Shown here: positions 50,701 through 55,718 of the stretch, one piece after another
Numbering within the stretch: position 1 is the first letter of the stretch
How the letters are laid out: each line of letters starts with the position of its first letter
Assembly (NCBI GenBank): GCA_964387845.1
Contig: CAYLXA010000008.1
Span: forward strand, 32,001-96,000
Length of the DNA stretch: 64,000 bases
Reading direction: 5' to 3'
Source: an uncultured bacterium
GTDB taxonomy: Bacteria; Omnitrophota; Omnitrophia; Omnitrophales; Abzuiibacteriaceae
Program-made: the position numbers and the translations under genes
Notes under the pieces: generated by a model
Database searches by the model: none
What the model saw: the letters and a program-made list of their open reading frames with translations, nothing else
What the model was told of the DNA's origin: nothing

Positions 50701-51261
50701 ATCCGGAATAATTCATCAAGTGCCGTACGTTCAGAATTAAAAGTTCAGAGCGAGAAATTGGTTCAATTTTTAACCGGCGGACAAAATAGAGCCACGTCAT
50801 TGTCGGGCACTGCCGAAGCTGCCAACGCGCGCTCGGCGTTTGTCTTTTTGCCCGGAACCACCAATGAGCTGGGCGCTGTTTTTAACCAGATTACAGAAGC
50901 TCTTGCCGCCAAAAGCGAATTGAGAGCCGAAATCATTGCTTACGTGGATGGCCCGTTGATGGCGCGCACAATCCGTGAAATCATCCTCGGTGTTCAGGGC
51001 GCTGAGCGTGTCCATATCGTGGCGAGTAATGAAGAGGCCGTGGCTAAAGCTCAGTCTCTAAACGTTGCGCATGCACATTTGATCGGATGGGAGGGGGAGC
51101 TTGAAGCGCCGTTTGTCCAAAATTTGGAGGACAGCTACCTGAAGCTCGGTATTCGCGTGGTGAAGAAAAATGTAAGTGATTTCATGAGTTTTCTCGGGCG
51201 TGAGGCCGCTCGTTTTATCCAAGGATGGAAATCAGCAGTTCTCTACGCCAAATCCGCATAA
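35716..51261 (+). CDS. giant multidomain secreted/membrane protein (5181 aa): signal peptide, 4 TM clusters, two class-I SAM-MTase folds, M23 peptidase, protein-L-isoaspartate O-methyltransferase domain, 3x HTH, beta-repeats; ~18 [RK][SGA]EL[RK] linker motifs
   Basis: Single uninterrupted ORF of 15.5 kb. GTG start with a signal-peptide-like N-terminus (MRKKPFFIKAIALALCFTFIATDTIAYS). Domain motifs are listed as separate features. Confidence 0.9.
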   Translation: MRKKPFFIKAIALALCFTFIATDTIAYSDAAQTSPQLAEMLKQSSNWLSLRAATISGLFRNAAPSVSGTRLPAAAPKFARYLSELRNEANEKPVTADYISAQTIQNQKTNEITPPPQSELRQEKPRFKSRHSFFNHAIQLSRNLFKLSEWKHRILRLSSSFGNLPDDILFLVTTLPILIGILIVDALDNFHDNPKTNARIWFWVVTSSAVWLFSVLTANVVLFRFQKPAKRKLPAKSDQKVQRSELRGHSGVGSYVIGDLEFNKGDPTGFELIKRLIGEVRAGLLTGELQKAGLDQDSISHIFRLASSPSKSAREPIGFKYSEAAGQFELIKNDLRTYLHQLQKTQNHDHEINVYALGLGNLPVEAEEVIKLFLNVMEEELGEAAKNWSFNFIGIDFQDEPIKVARKYFAEDMASLKEKGFRKVTLQAVKANALSSSELTRVFEETGGSKKADYLFHRHVMYVNRASSWLNQLRGLTPITMLRPVLADALESYLQSQNLIGAFTKTGTRYVIEPLASSDPSIREVVIPGSSVLPQENGAAGSGIYIVNDPAVFTATGFIQYLQDQLGENFSISGPLRVDRTGGRGELRRASNFHFVNTVRRVLRREIAQIEKDKWQNWAVGFEPVQDVASHLVRGAKGELWIHLHLTYHGHDKRARFAENGVYDLGLLFRITDRENQLTLDAPMIEPQIGRSDYFAFTRAETVLSSEQAARLVKEGTEFVNSHAGPIRSAMRLAKKKPSSIHNLLGRAVSPRHARGLYNMMTLGHEEKRVIDRTKRRSVTYRFVGSRRSELRQKSELDSAREFVAHAIQTGQLKLDLFDRGREPAKQILQEVLAENQKRKTDHIQEVETARHKIATFESRFKKIRDEIDFDPFKPLAPTEQEKIMEWWADDLYMMEYEIRNYLAEIQSGQHPFSGNELDQVVDALIAAYRWSMDVVAFFEKQKAELLFFRNQETTDSEESADTMAALSGAFSVLADIKSPRGQIPENVFFAIAATKRHKAKEFLLSVLREIGFDKTKSETQKIVRGRALNYLFAHFHSSELAALARQAIENLGREQRFDYDGWAFDSAFMELLPYLGDENVKAYIFNYLKDDFQFGKALEAGNCLEYLLFDLETAEVPGWFKERLQIYSEKNAAAMDDFGITENQEAYLNRIKKLNDFLALKEAGIGLPSYQFSKYVFRPIHSQDEIDTLRKMSGSFPGRRPGWSPWDMTDFVLEDSKTRQIVGGGMISEHDYDTEAHHIHLVALSDQLQGRDRADAFVFILAGMLQSMSPKIKGRKVVWRTWVKDILEKTLALDLAGVDLEPLINQNPDDARSELLSKPESQNPILEINQDWRNIFDDNAKPLVVDVGFGNGETLLYRAQHEPDKNFIGIELPEEPYADMLAERIQTVGIKNLKVLKVADFEAFRTQLKFGNQAIVSELTYYDPFPDSPYVFREHTADLQQILKPGALVKIMVFEHEFWQELSGIFESNGFQTLNPADHVFEDNHDTQDSNEAFSTQLKLIFRWPGLSSNRSELRQDLKIQTILNDIAQSRLISENQPETRSFFNRISDRLKQKSVSQTFFLTGLLLSSYVYILFERWLAAEPVESNAQEIAAAILLLGIISTIFTTIVKRMNKSSTSWRWDVISFSENQIIEDALTFLDPHKHQLNPNVDIIVEKRSHRFKRIAIGFFKESLKNLGAGAMFLLIGGFLAWKIGYGLLDLYKQDLHAAFKVPVYGIFGAGLIVFGFVGMMGFTVLFLSPFIALMQAWDGEFSDKGIEDQRIFVQHQESEDVFYETLVEELNHRFKLRREPLPEFPKTLDGLRLAMILKRYGLPGSEIANRSASGLLRVLRPEGSETADRNALRANGSMEPRARGELRQSEPRKMSRAELASLFRAQLREANFIASIPVLIQHVWNVIAKLAKPLNFQFRELGLTQELLRLQTGFWITRFGPEDRMWWGLRDGMKFGDTVNWWGPKQKRPEPLGFHTGIDFVMYQNFQKAWKTIPEGTEVQALYGGTVVSVFQDDMQSTLVVNQEITDTDGGNTLVTIYAHIEPETNVQPGVKIEAGDVLGRIRRSRNERSIVSPHLHLSIGWAKPEFFERLKSDGVDWPFVDALAKEGLLTYVDPLTFLDKNEADHFFMNAQHNKLKKILILNTQPGAQFFLTRQVIEKQFPGVTTLAVRSFEEAQKILNDPSSEIDAVVRVDESASISFPRKYLKRTAVLDYQEKNKREFLRQLHVVNVIGRLYHEPISRLNIRYRLQRRIRQAGIRTVGQLVDLANLPKKFRKFTTGLSKVPEGLERRLQGSRYKDEIIRAIVSVQPQAILTRSILHRRSLGFFQMAYRLTFGFEYHPETRNFAELILFLNGLSGSVFKELVKQFDVHIQTDLIDILQRVARIAPEAISVNVLEMFIDDEETPKRMRENFNTLADLIHMARNDTKRFKEIFGYQISWHVLLLLLEILYDAVPGEIMWQEWPDLVHTVLNPHNLPRTFGSGGLSGHINAYSAAIQAHWRRLMAEHKGYAKRKDRSELRQAGDRQIFQRAFQGIAFGGYGAGLIAATWQMLTVYPQMLRPSLFVILLTWNFYQIVKLILKQPFVSQEKINQEKYINRQLIITHLPQLGLIKAHMLAPWLEAFMQAPEVGALFLTVSGLLVSKLAFDSYLRNDGRASGRSELRTNDPEEPNAKNPRTSTYETIISNRPQMNPTESNTEQASLFMAPLENVTPDAVRWLDRVFNSRLPKGQYVFVGVVVDRKSKDIQAFQDGVYMIAKFLEVGGAFEEIGLNEIKNKKLRRRITAVGKGSSVRVIEFASVGGGDDYEIPLRRLQGVVEDYYSNEPIVWIPISPEGELSSTLGWKPKNRAFHLTLVHQAPEQEPEARSELRNDGGIILEAGQQIKAVEGYQMQLQENGSVAFYRERLSSPEPDPVEVVKPTMAGMPVYDEAGNIMGYVGITHDFEGQGEDRKLIARTAFYPEPEFDIEKTHVPSTWPAWELLKAVGLLIPKEDAHILKIEDISQTSDSKIHRITVRVPEEQSFPLRGIEILARELIENPSAEQQFDLVYNEKGHLLAVFPVFGNENRAAAEDGLFLDVSPYYFEVPKDIRGESKLLIDQFLREWRQNQQHIQAYQKKHFGSNRMNFWHFSYNNDENNDEDNKEEPLYQFYHLLHSHGHDLSYLGEVEVQSLEHIFYYVSKDPDRKMLLLPIFPTVFPPSGDPQHDTEYHKAILIDPRFDLNENQRTLVVGSGSGFDTWLVSLKTRKTVSVIDINPLAVANTKALAKIAGFKVLARTADNIVDESGKPTFPDARFDRIIWNMPEHVEGDGPSHGQLATQRTKWYLTDHWDGDVDGFSLTRFASGLCDILNPDSRVLIWNSNNEDSILNAFENRGMEVERAGLNYRYSLYFIQPSAAAGELLEPISNSADQRSEPQKHIAVLQRFKHNPTGFMGWLKNEIAEVLTIIDMPSGQFMKLPDAERRKKNQRIENAISMLYGVEDFISAKDAAKIIKNIDEARRMLDEIYQMSEWRKNDFSAIRGGKQDSKLPASTEQAWHARDIFNEFLPKNGLGEALQKYTGDKKVLDTAAEKWLPVFTRVPKHLFMPKYLRQDAYLHDAPYRIGYGQTISQPSLVAFILALLDLEPSDEVLEVGAGSGWLAALMSQQAAHVYATELIPQLAGRAERVIENMGIQNVSIVEADGSVGYPQAAPFDKIVVSAGSPNVPELLVNQLREGGLLIIPVLDPAASKKQKSYKLTLFVKEGGKLTEKLAIDRVNFVDLRGVHGWQPAPKRSELRRAAQPKDSNSEKSTPKPETESDRRIIRAVNYFLKEKRPFNQGDIAKKARVSLQTVTNRKHANPSIARFVDWALEKAPKAEPKSVQALIRAAKQLKKEGKSGVTNSVVADLAGYHPQTVTSISKLYPKVKQAVQGARQSPHAQISPTIQKVVDVIKAAAKKKQVFQNEGQIAQAAEIRPETLSRIKKRRSSYREPFLQLLQYAVSDPDRALEIIKKHFSIHSEQRVSVQASAQDENLRSELRADGAIQDPGMVVTALIGVAAFGILIFGFDSVRERAFKVGSAALKLIRRLFWLWTGVLWISTHLAYAAHRVRPDSQDKIYQATGFDPGDLNYSEFLYPWAIFTVFIYPVAAFGLMRYLNRLVMRRNVLPFETSPSRSIPAHPTTSELDINRKVGTAQPSDQYSKDPLMKGRAELRASGSNPKKKDTSKATDLEKRFKELLEEADRTLEANKQLEDGLDEIHKVLPELPKDIIDGRSELRQSDPIGTASALPGPLAKSELRNFLPNQNPINRLDAKQGSGIGARGNVLEGRSGSNSEFYNYRGEKVLVLPTSTAKGILGLGDFIVVMPRPKPGTQDHILFYNSSGSLLFEAVNVSDYSLVGENMAIKFANGNIQFYDKTGKKLLSSFDHFSNFHPSQIDLQGDLLVFKKSSNEVGFYNSTGSLILRKSKGTDFDSFYVKGSFIVLVKKDNHHVYSGLTGKLIAKTQASVGETAQFDGDFFAVVNWNEFTFYNLQGKKILEKRTGSGDDNFINWSGEGGLLTFDKTHSRTFYDENGKLLAAIQKRVFASRVVNKVLRLEDNADFYEWYDFSPNALSASSKGQKSLDQIFSHNPAMLSRIRDYVKRRYDNPLMSREEPNHDLSSDLDDASNLIQLEKMPTEWIDDLSSLVLTGYNPSDKGARSILKEAAIQLGLIQAPSSQTKEAVPITYNQKALMRILSSGVITEAIRNGQFSFPTTGKRSSLIFLSDDGTNVKRIDETDSAKANVQLEFYLSSDNRTVGVSISVRDDNKASGWRVQHEEPKQLKDLQTSIEPASSKPSLTIVSARKQRTLDELINKVSKFPGWSNPGPSTYSFAHQATQISAFYTGIVPNLQPRWAWHLKVISSGYNLSVVVEDHIQSPGKWITVVKFNNSGSNNSVASQEWGNHLIDIEQNGLKTNIYMTKAYVDSLVKNRIPLKGATIDGVEWEFIPINPKQILPAKSELRTQAEQVSIETLDAALSVEPKAQNRLDAVIHEIRNNSSSAVRSELKVQSEKLVQFLTGGQNRATSLSGTAEAANARSAFVFLPGTTNELGAVFNQITEALAAKSELRAEIIAYVDGPLMARTIREIILGVQGAERVHIVASNEEAVAKAQSLNVAHAHLIGWEGELEAPFVQNLEDSYLKLGIRVVKKNVSDFMSFLGREAARFIQGWKSAVLYAKSA
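39718..40095 (+). other. giant protein domain: class-I SAM-dependent methyltransferase fold (TrmB-like; VVDVGFGNGE...IGIE)
   Basis: aa ~1335-1460; motif I VDVGFGNGE and a post-I acidic residue. Confidence 0.6.
41578..41940 (+). other. giant protein domain: M23 (LytM-type) metallopeptidase
   Basis: aa ~1955-2075; HTGIDF (HxxxD) ... GDVLGRI ... SPHLHLSIGW (HxH). Confidence 0.7.
45328..45750 (+). other. giant protein domain: second class-I SAM-MTase fold (LVVGSGSGFDTW...VIDINP)
   Basis: aa ~3205-3345; glycine-rich motif I and a DxN/P motif. Confidence 0.55.
46423..46875 (+). other. giant protein domain: protein-L-isoaspartate O-methyltransferase (PIMT/Pcm)
   Basis: aa ~3570-3720; IGYGQTISQPSLVAFILALLDLEPSDEVLEVGAGSGWLAALMS closely matches the PIMT consensus (GxTISQP...VLEIGTGSGY). 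Confidence 0.75.
47083..47595 (+). other. giant protein region: three tandem helix-turn-helix-like units
   Basis: aa ~3790-3960; FNQGDIAKKARVSLQTVTN / VTNSVVADLAGYHPQTVTS / QNEGQIAQAAEIRPETLSR. Confidence 0.5.
48613..49395 (+). other. giant protein region: ~5 beta-strand repeats (FY[ND]xxGxLL..., WG-repeat-like)
   Basis: aa ~4300-4560; FYNSSGSLLF, FYDKTGKKLL, FYNSTGSLIL, FYNLQGKKIL, FYDENGKLLA with ~50-aa periodicity. Confidence 0.5.
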
Positions 51262-51307
51262 TTTTCCAGTTGCCTCCAAAACCTTCTCAGCCGTATGATG
51301 TTGCGCT

Positions 51308-52573
51308 ATGAGTCAATCAAGTAAGCTGTTCCAGCAGTCTAAAACACATTTCCCGGGAGGTGTGAATTCACCGGTACGGGCGTTTCGTGCTGTCGGAGGA
51401 TCGCCGCGTTTTATTGCGAAAGCCAAAGGGCAATTTATTTGGGACGCAGACGGCAAAAAATATCTCGATTTCTGCCAGTCTTGGGGCCCGATGATTTTGG
51501 GCCACGCGCATCCGAAAGTAGCGAAAGCAATCTCCGATCAAGCCAAAAAAGGAACGAGTTACGGCGCGCCGACCGAAAATGAATCGAAACTTGCTTCCTT
51601 AATTAAAGAAGCATTTCCATCCATTCAGAAAATGCGGTTTACGTCATCCGGCACGGAAGCCGCGATGTCCGCAATCCGGGTTGCGCGCGGATTCACGAAA
51701 CGGAAGAAAATCCTCAAATGCGACGGCTGCTATCATGGCCATAGCGATTCGTTGCTTGTGAAAGCCGGCTCGGGTGGTGCGACATTCGGTGTTCCGGATT
51801 CGGCCGGTGTGCCGGAAGACCTCGCGAAGCTCACGATTACGATTCCGTACAACGATTTTGACGCGCTTGAGCGTATATTTAAAAAAGAAGGAAAAAACAT
51901 CGCTGTTTTTGCTCTGGAGCCCGTTCCGGCCAATATGGGCGTTGTATTGCCAAAACCCGGCTTCCTGGAGTTTGCGAGGGCCCTGACTAAGAAATACGGC
52001 ACTTTGCTCATGTTTGACGAAGTCATTACGGGTTTTCGCATCGCTTTTGGCGGTGCGCAGGAATATTACGGAATTAAAGCTGATCTCACATGCCTAGGAA
52101 AAATCGTAGGCGGCGGGCTTCCGATCGGTGTTTTCGGCGGCCGCGCAGACATTATGAGCAAAATTTCACCGGAGGGGGCTGTTTATCAAGCCGGAACTTT
52201 GTCGGGAAATCCTCTGGCGACTGCGGCCGGCATTGCGACCTTGACGGAATTAAAGAAAAAGGATTTTTACAAGCAGCTTAATATCAAGGCTCTTGAATTT
52301 TTCGGGATGCTGGATGATGTGTTCGAACGGGGAAGTTATCCGGTAACGCTCAACCGGATCGGCTCCATGTTCACAATTTTTTGTACACCAAACCCCGTAT
52401 TTGATTACGAGTCCGCAAAATTTGCACATCCGGAGTGTTACGCCCAAATGTTTCAAAGTTTGCTTTCCAAAGGGGTTTATTTCGCGCCGTCACAGTTTGA
52501 AGCCAACTTTATTTCACAGGCAATGACACGCGAAAATCTTCAAAAAGTCGTTTCAGTTATTTCTCGTTTTTAA
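51308..52573 (+). CDS. hemL: glutamate-1-semialdehyde 2,1-aminomutase HemL
   Basis: PLP-dependent aminotransferase class III motifs (MFDEVITGFR, active-site K in ...LGKIVGGGLP); 421 aa. Confidence 0.9.
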   Translation: MSQSSKLFQQSKTHFPGGVNSPVRAFRAVGGSPRFIAKAKGQFIWDADGKKYLDFCQSWGPMILGHAHPKVAKAISDQAKKGTSYGAPTENESKLASLIKEAFPSIQKMRFTSSGTEAAMSAIRVARGFTKRKKILKCDGCYHGHSDSLLVKAGSGGATFGVPDSAGVPEDLAKLTITIPYNDFDALERIFKKEGKNIAVFALEPVPANMGVVLPKPGFLEFARALTKKYGTLLMFDEVITGFRIAFGGAQEYYGIKADLTCLGKIVGGGLPIGVFGGRADIMSKISPEGAVYQAGTLSGNPLATAAGIATLTELKKKDFYKQLNIKALEFFGMLDDVFERGSYPVTLNRIGSMFTIFCTPNPVFDYESAKFAHPECYAQMFQSLLSKGVYFAPSQFEANFISQAMTRENLQKVVSVISRF

Positions 52574-52760
52574 TTTTCTCACCTGCTATACATTCAAAAA
52601 ATACACGGCAAATTTTAGTTTGCAAGCAAACCGAAAAAGAAAATTCAGGGATAATTTTCTAAGGTTTTGCCGGATAGATGAGCGGTTGAAAAACCGCTTG
52701 TCGGAAACTTTTTAAAAGTAGGCAGCGGGGCGCGCGAACTTTTAAAAAGTTCGGATGAGA

Positions 52761-54755
52761 TTATTCGTAACGAAGTGCTTCGATAGGATCGAGTTTGGCA
52801 GCTTTTTGTGCGGGCCAAATGCCGAAAATGATGCCGACGGCGGAGGAGAATCCGACGGAGAGCAGAATTGAATTGAGGGAAACACGGACGGCCCATCCAA
52901 AAGCATGCGCTAAACCGTAAGCGACGGCAGAACCGATCAAAATGCCGGCAGCGCCTCCGATCAAGCTGACCACCATCGATTCAACCAAAAATTGCAAATA
53001 AATGTCCTTCCTCTTTGCGCCGATGGCCTTCCGGAGGCCGATCTCTTTTGTTCTTTCCGTAACGGATACGAGCATGATGTTCATGATACCGATTCCGCCG
53101 ACAAGAAGCGCAATTCCGGCGATAGAGCCCAGAAAAATCGTCATGGTTTGAGTGACTTTTGCGATGGATTCCTGAATCTCCGTCATGTCGCGGATTGTGA
53201 AGCTGTCTTTACGGGTTTCGGGGAGCCGGTGGCTTCTGATGAGCATGGGAATAATCGCATCCTTTACGTCCTGAATTTTTTCTTTTGCTTCAACTTCAAC
53301 TTCGATGGTGCGCAAATAATCGGTGCCGATGAGCCGTTTCATGGCGGTCATGATCGGAATGATGACCACATCGTCTTGATCGCGCCACTGGTTTCCGCCT
53401 TTTTCGGGAAGGACGCCGATGACGCGGAAGGCGATCCGGTTGATACGGATAATTTTGTTAATCGGATCTTCTTTATCAAAAAGTTTCTGGCGGACTGTTT
53501 TGCCGATCACAACTACTTTGGCTCTTGTCATATTTTCCCTGTCCGTAAAGAACCGTCCGAGAACAGGTTCTGCCGCGCGCATTGAAGCGTATTCGGGAGC
53601 AACGCCCTGGACTTCCGAATTCCAATTTTTGTTTTGATACACCAGCTGTACGCCGGCCTGGACCGTGGGGTTGACGCGTTTAACATTCGGAAGTTCACGA
53701 ACGGATTTCAGGTCGTCCAACGTGAGCCGCGCCGCAGCGCCTTCTGCCATGGCAACGCCGCGCAAAATCGCGTTGTTGGGCCTCACGACGATTAAATTAG
53801 AGCCCAATCTTTCGAGGTCAGCCGTCATGGAAGCTTTGGTGCCTTCACCGAGCGCGAGCATCGCAATCACGGATCCGACACCGATTAAAATTCCGAGCAT
53901 TGAAAGCACCGAACGGACTTTATTGGCAAGAATGGCGGTGATGGCTTGTTGAACAAAGATGCTGATTTCTTTGAGGATTGAAGAAGAAGGCTTCCCCTCA
54001 CCCTTACCCTCTCCCCTTAGGGGAGAGGGAAAAGAATTCGATCCCCCTCTCCCTCCGGGAGAGGGTGGGGTGAGGGAGGTTGAAGAGCCTGAGTCAGAAA
54101 CGATCTGCCCGTCTTTCATTCGGATTTGGCGCTTTGCATATTCCGCGACTTCTTCTTCATGCGTCACCAGAATAATCGTGAGCCCCTTTTCATTCAGATT
54201 TTTAAGCAGTTTCATAATTTCAGTTTGCGTGTGTGAATCCAAATTTCCTGTCGGTTCATCCGCCATGATGATTTTAGGATCGTTGATGAGTGCGCGAGCG
54301 ATGGCAACGCGCTGCTGTTCGCCGCCTGAGAGTTGGTTGGGTTTGTGCTGTGCGCGTTTCTCGAGATTGACTTCGCGTAAGCGTGTCAGAATTTTCTCTT
54401 CATTTTGGGAATCTGCATTCGGGCTATAAATCAGCGGCAGCGCCACATTTTTGGATGCGGTCGTGCGGGAAAGCAGGTTGAACATTTGAAAAATAAAGCC
54501 GATTTTTTGATTTCTCAAAACCGCAAGCGCATCATCCGAAAGCTCCGAAATTTGCTCGCCGTCCAAAATAAATTCGCCGGAGTCCGGAACATCCAAAAGG
54601 CCCAGGACGTGCATCAAAGTTGATTTTCCGGAGCCCGACGGGCCCATGATGGCAATAAATTCGCCGGGTTGAATGTCGAGTGAAACACCGCGGAGTGCGT
54701 GGACTGAGGTTTCGCCGGAAGAGTAGGTTTTTTGAATATTTTTGAGCTTGATCAT
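52761..54755 (-). CDS. macB: MacB-type ABC transporter, fused ATPase + FtsX permease
   Basis: Walker A GPSGSGKST, signature LSGGEQQRVAIARAL, Walker B IIMADEPTGNLD, and a C-terminal 4-TM FtsX domain. The ATPase-permease linker carries a 28-aa palindrome-encoded insert. Confidence 0.85.
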   Translation of the reverse strand: MIKLKNIQKTYSSGETSVHALRGVSLDIQPGEFIAIMGPSGSGKSTLMHVLGLLDVPDSGEFILDGEQISELSDDALAVLRNQKIGFIFQMFNLLSRTTASKNVALPLIYSPNADSQNEEKILTRLREVNLEKRAQHKPNQLSGGEQQRVAIARALINDPKIIMADEPTGNLDSHTQTEIMKLLKNLNEKGLTIILVTHEEEVAEYAKRQIRMKDGQIVSDSGSSTSLTPPSPGGRGGSNSFPSPLRGEGKGEGKPSSSILKEISIFVQQAITAILANKVRSVLSMLGILIGVGSVIAMLALGEGTKASMTADLERLGSNLIVVRPNNAILRGVAMAEGAAARLTLDDLKSVRELPNVKRVNPTVQAGVQLVYQNKNWNSEVQGVAPEYASMRAAEPVLGRFFTDRENMTRAKVVVIGKTVRQKLFDKEDPINKIIRINRIAFRVIGVLPEKGGNQWRDQDDVVIIPIMTAMKRLIGTDYLRTIEVEVEAKEKIQDVKDAIIPMLIRSHRLPETRKDSFTIRDMTEIQESIAKVTQTMTIFLGSIAGIALLVGGIGIMNIMLVSVTERTKEIGLRKAIGAKRKDIYLQFLVESMVVSLIGGAAGILIGSAVAYGLAHAFGWAVRVSLNSILLSVGFSSAVGIIFGIWPAQKAAKLDPIEALRYE
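53994..54078. repeat. tandem/nested REP/RPE-like palindromes inside macB linker, in frame
   Basis: cccctcacccttaccctctccccttaggggagaggg + aaaagaattcgatc + cccctctccctccgggagagggtggggtgaggg. It is the same family as 29238..29283 and encodes ...PPSPGGRGGSNSFPSPLRGEGKGEG... on the - strand. Confidence 0.65.
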
Positions 54756-54761
54756 GAACGA

Positions 54762-55718
54762 TTAAGCCGACATGAAGGATTTCTTTTTGTTGGACCTTTT
54801 TGTATCCTCTTTTTTTGATTTGATGACAATCGTATCATTTTCTTGAAGGCCGCTCATGATTTCATAAGAAATATTGTCATCAATTCCGACTTCAATTTCG
54901 CGGGAAGCAGTTTTGGATTTTTCTTTGACCATTACATGCTTTTTATTGCCGCGCTCCTGCACGGCTTCAATTGGAATTAAAAGTGCATTGTCTTTACGCG
55001 CAATTTCGATTTCAACATTGGCGGTCATGCCTGAAGCGAATTGATCGGGAACTTTTTCGGGCAGGATGTCGACTTTATAGATGATGACATTATTGACCGT
55101 TTCGGATTCGTACGCGATATGGTCTACTCTCGATGAAATTTTCAAATCCGGATACGCATCCAGATAAATTACAGCATGCTGGCCGATTTTGACTTGTCCG
55201 ATGTCGGTTTCGTCCACAGACGCTTTCACAATTAAGCGGTCGGCAAGAACGAGCACCACGTCGCTTGTATTCACGGTTTGGCCCGGCTCAACACGGCGGA
55301 CAATCACCGTACCGTCAATCGGCGCAAGGAGCGGCGTGGGTTTGTAAACATTCTGCCAGTCCGTACTTTGTTCGCCGCCATTTCCCTGAAGATGCATCGC
55401 ATCCAAAAGCACGACACGGTCTGTGGAGCTCATCCAAGCCAGGATTTCACCTTTTTTAACTTCGCGGCCTTCTTTGACAAGAACATCGTCGATACGGCCT
55501 GCGACAGGCGGTTTAATTTCAAGTCTGTTTTGCGGTTTCACTTCGCCGGTCGCTGTGATGGTGACGGTCAAATCGCCGCGCGTTACTTTGATTTGCTTCT
55601 CAACTTCTTTGCTATCTTTTTCAGATAGTTTTCCGCTGACGATGCGGAAGCCTGCGAAAGCGATCAGTAAAACGACCAGAATTTTAATGGGTGTTAATTT
55701 AAGATTGCCGGAAGCCAT
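54762..55718 (-). CDS. macA: efflux pump periplasmic adaptor (MacA/HlyD family)
   Basis: N-terminal TM anchor, coiled-coil/lipoyl/beta-barrel pattern. Start taken at ATG 55718 (MASGNLKLTPIKILVV...), giving a 20-nt overlap with the tolC-like stop; the track start is 55763. Confidence 0.8.
   Translation of the reverse strand: MASGNLKLTPIKILVVLLIAFAGFRIVSGKLSEKDSKEVEKQIKVTRGDLTVTITATGEVKPQNRLEIKPPVAGRIDDVLVKEGREVKKGEILAWMSSTDRVVLLDAMHLQGNGGEQSTDWQNVYKPTPLLAPIDGTVIVRRVEPGQTVNTSDVVLVLADRLIVKASVDETDIGQVKIGQHAVIYLDAYPDLKISSRVDHIAYESETVNNVIIYKVDILPEKVPDQFASGMTANVEIEIARKDNALLIPIEAVQERGNKKHVMVKEKSKTASREIEVGIDDNISYEIMSGLQENDTIVIKSKKEDTKRSNKKKSFMSA

Noticed and set aside
36064-50925. Possibility that the recurring SELR sites are a nucleotide-level repeat (CRISPR-like array, REP or recombination signal)
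   Set aside because: The codons encoding the motif vary synonymously at nearly every position and spacing is irregular (150-800 aa). No direct-repeat/spacer structure exists, and no CRISPR array was seen anywhere in the window.
52992-54623. Plus-strand ORFs 52992..53585, 53419..53637, 53665..53952, 53959..54429, 54405..54623
   Set aside because: All lie antisense to the well-supported macB gene. 53959..54429 merely reads the palindromic REP insert on the other strand.
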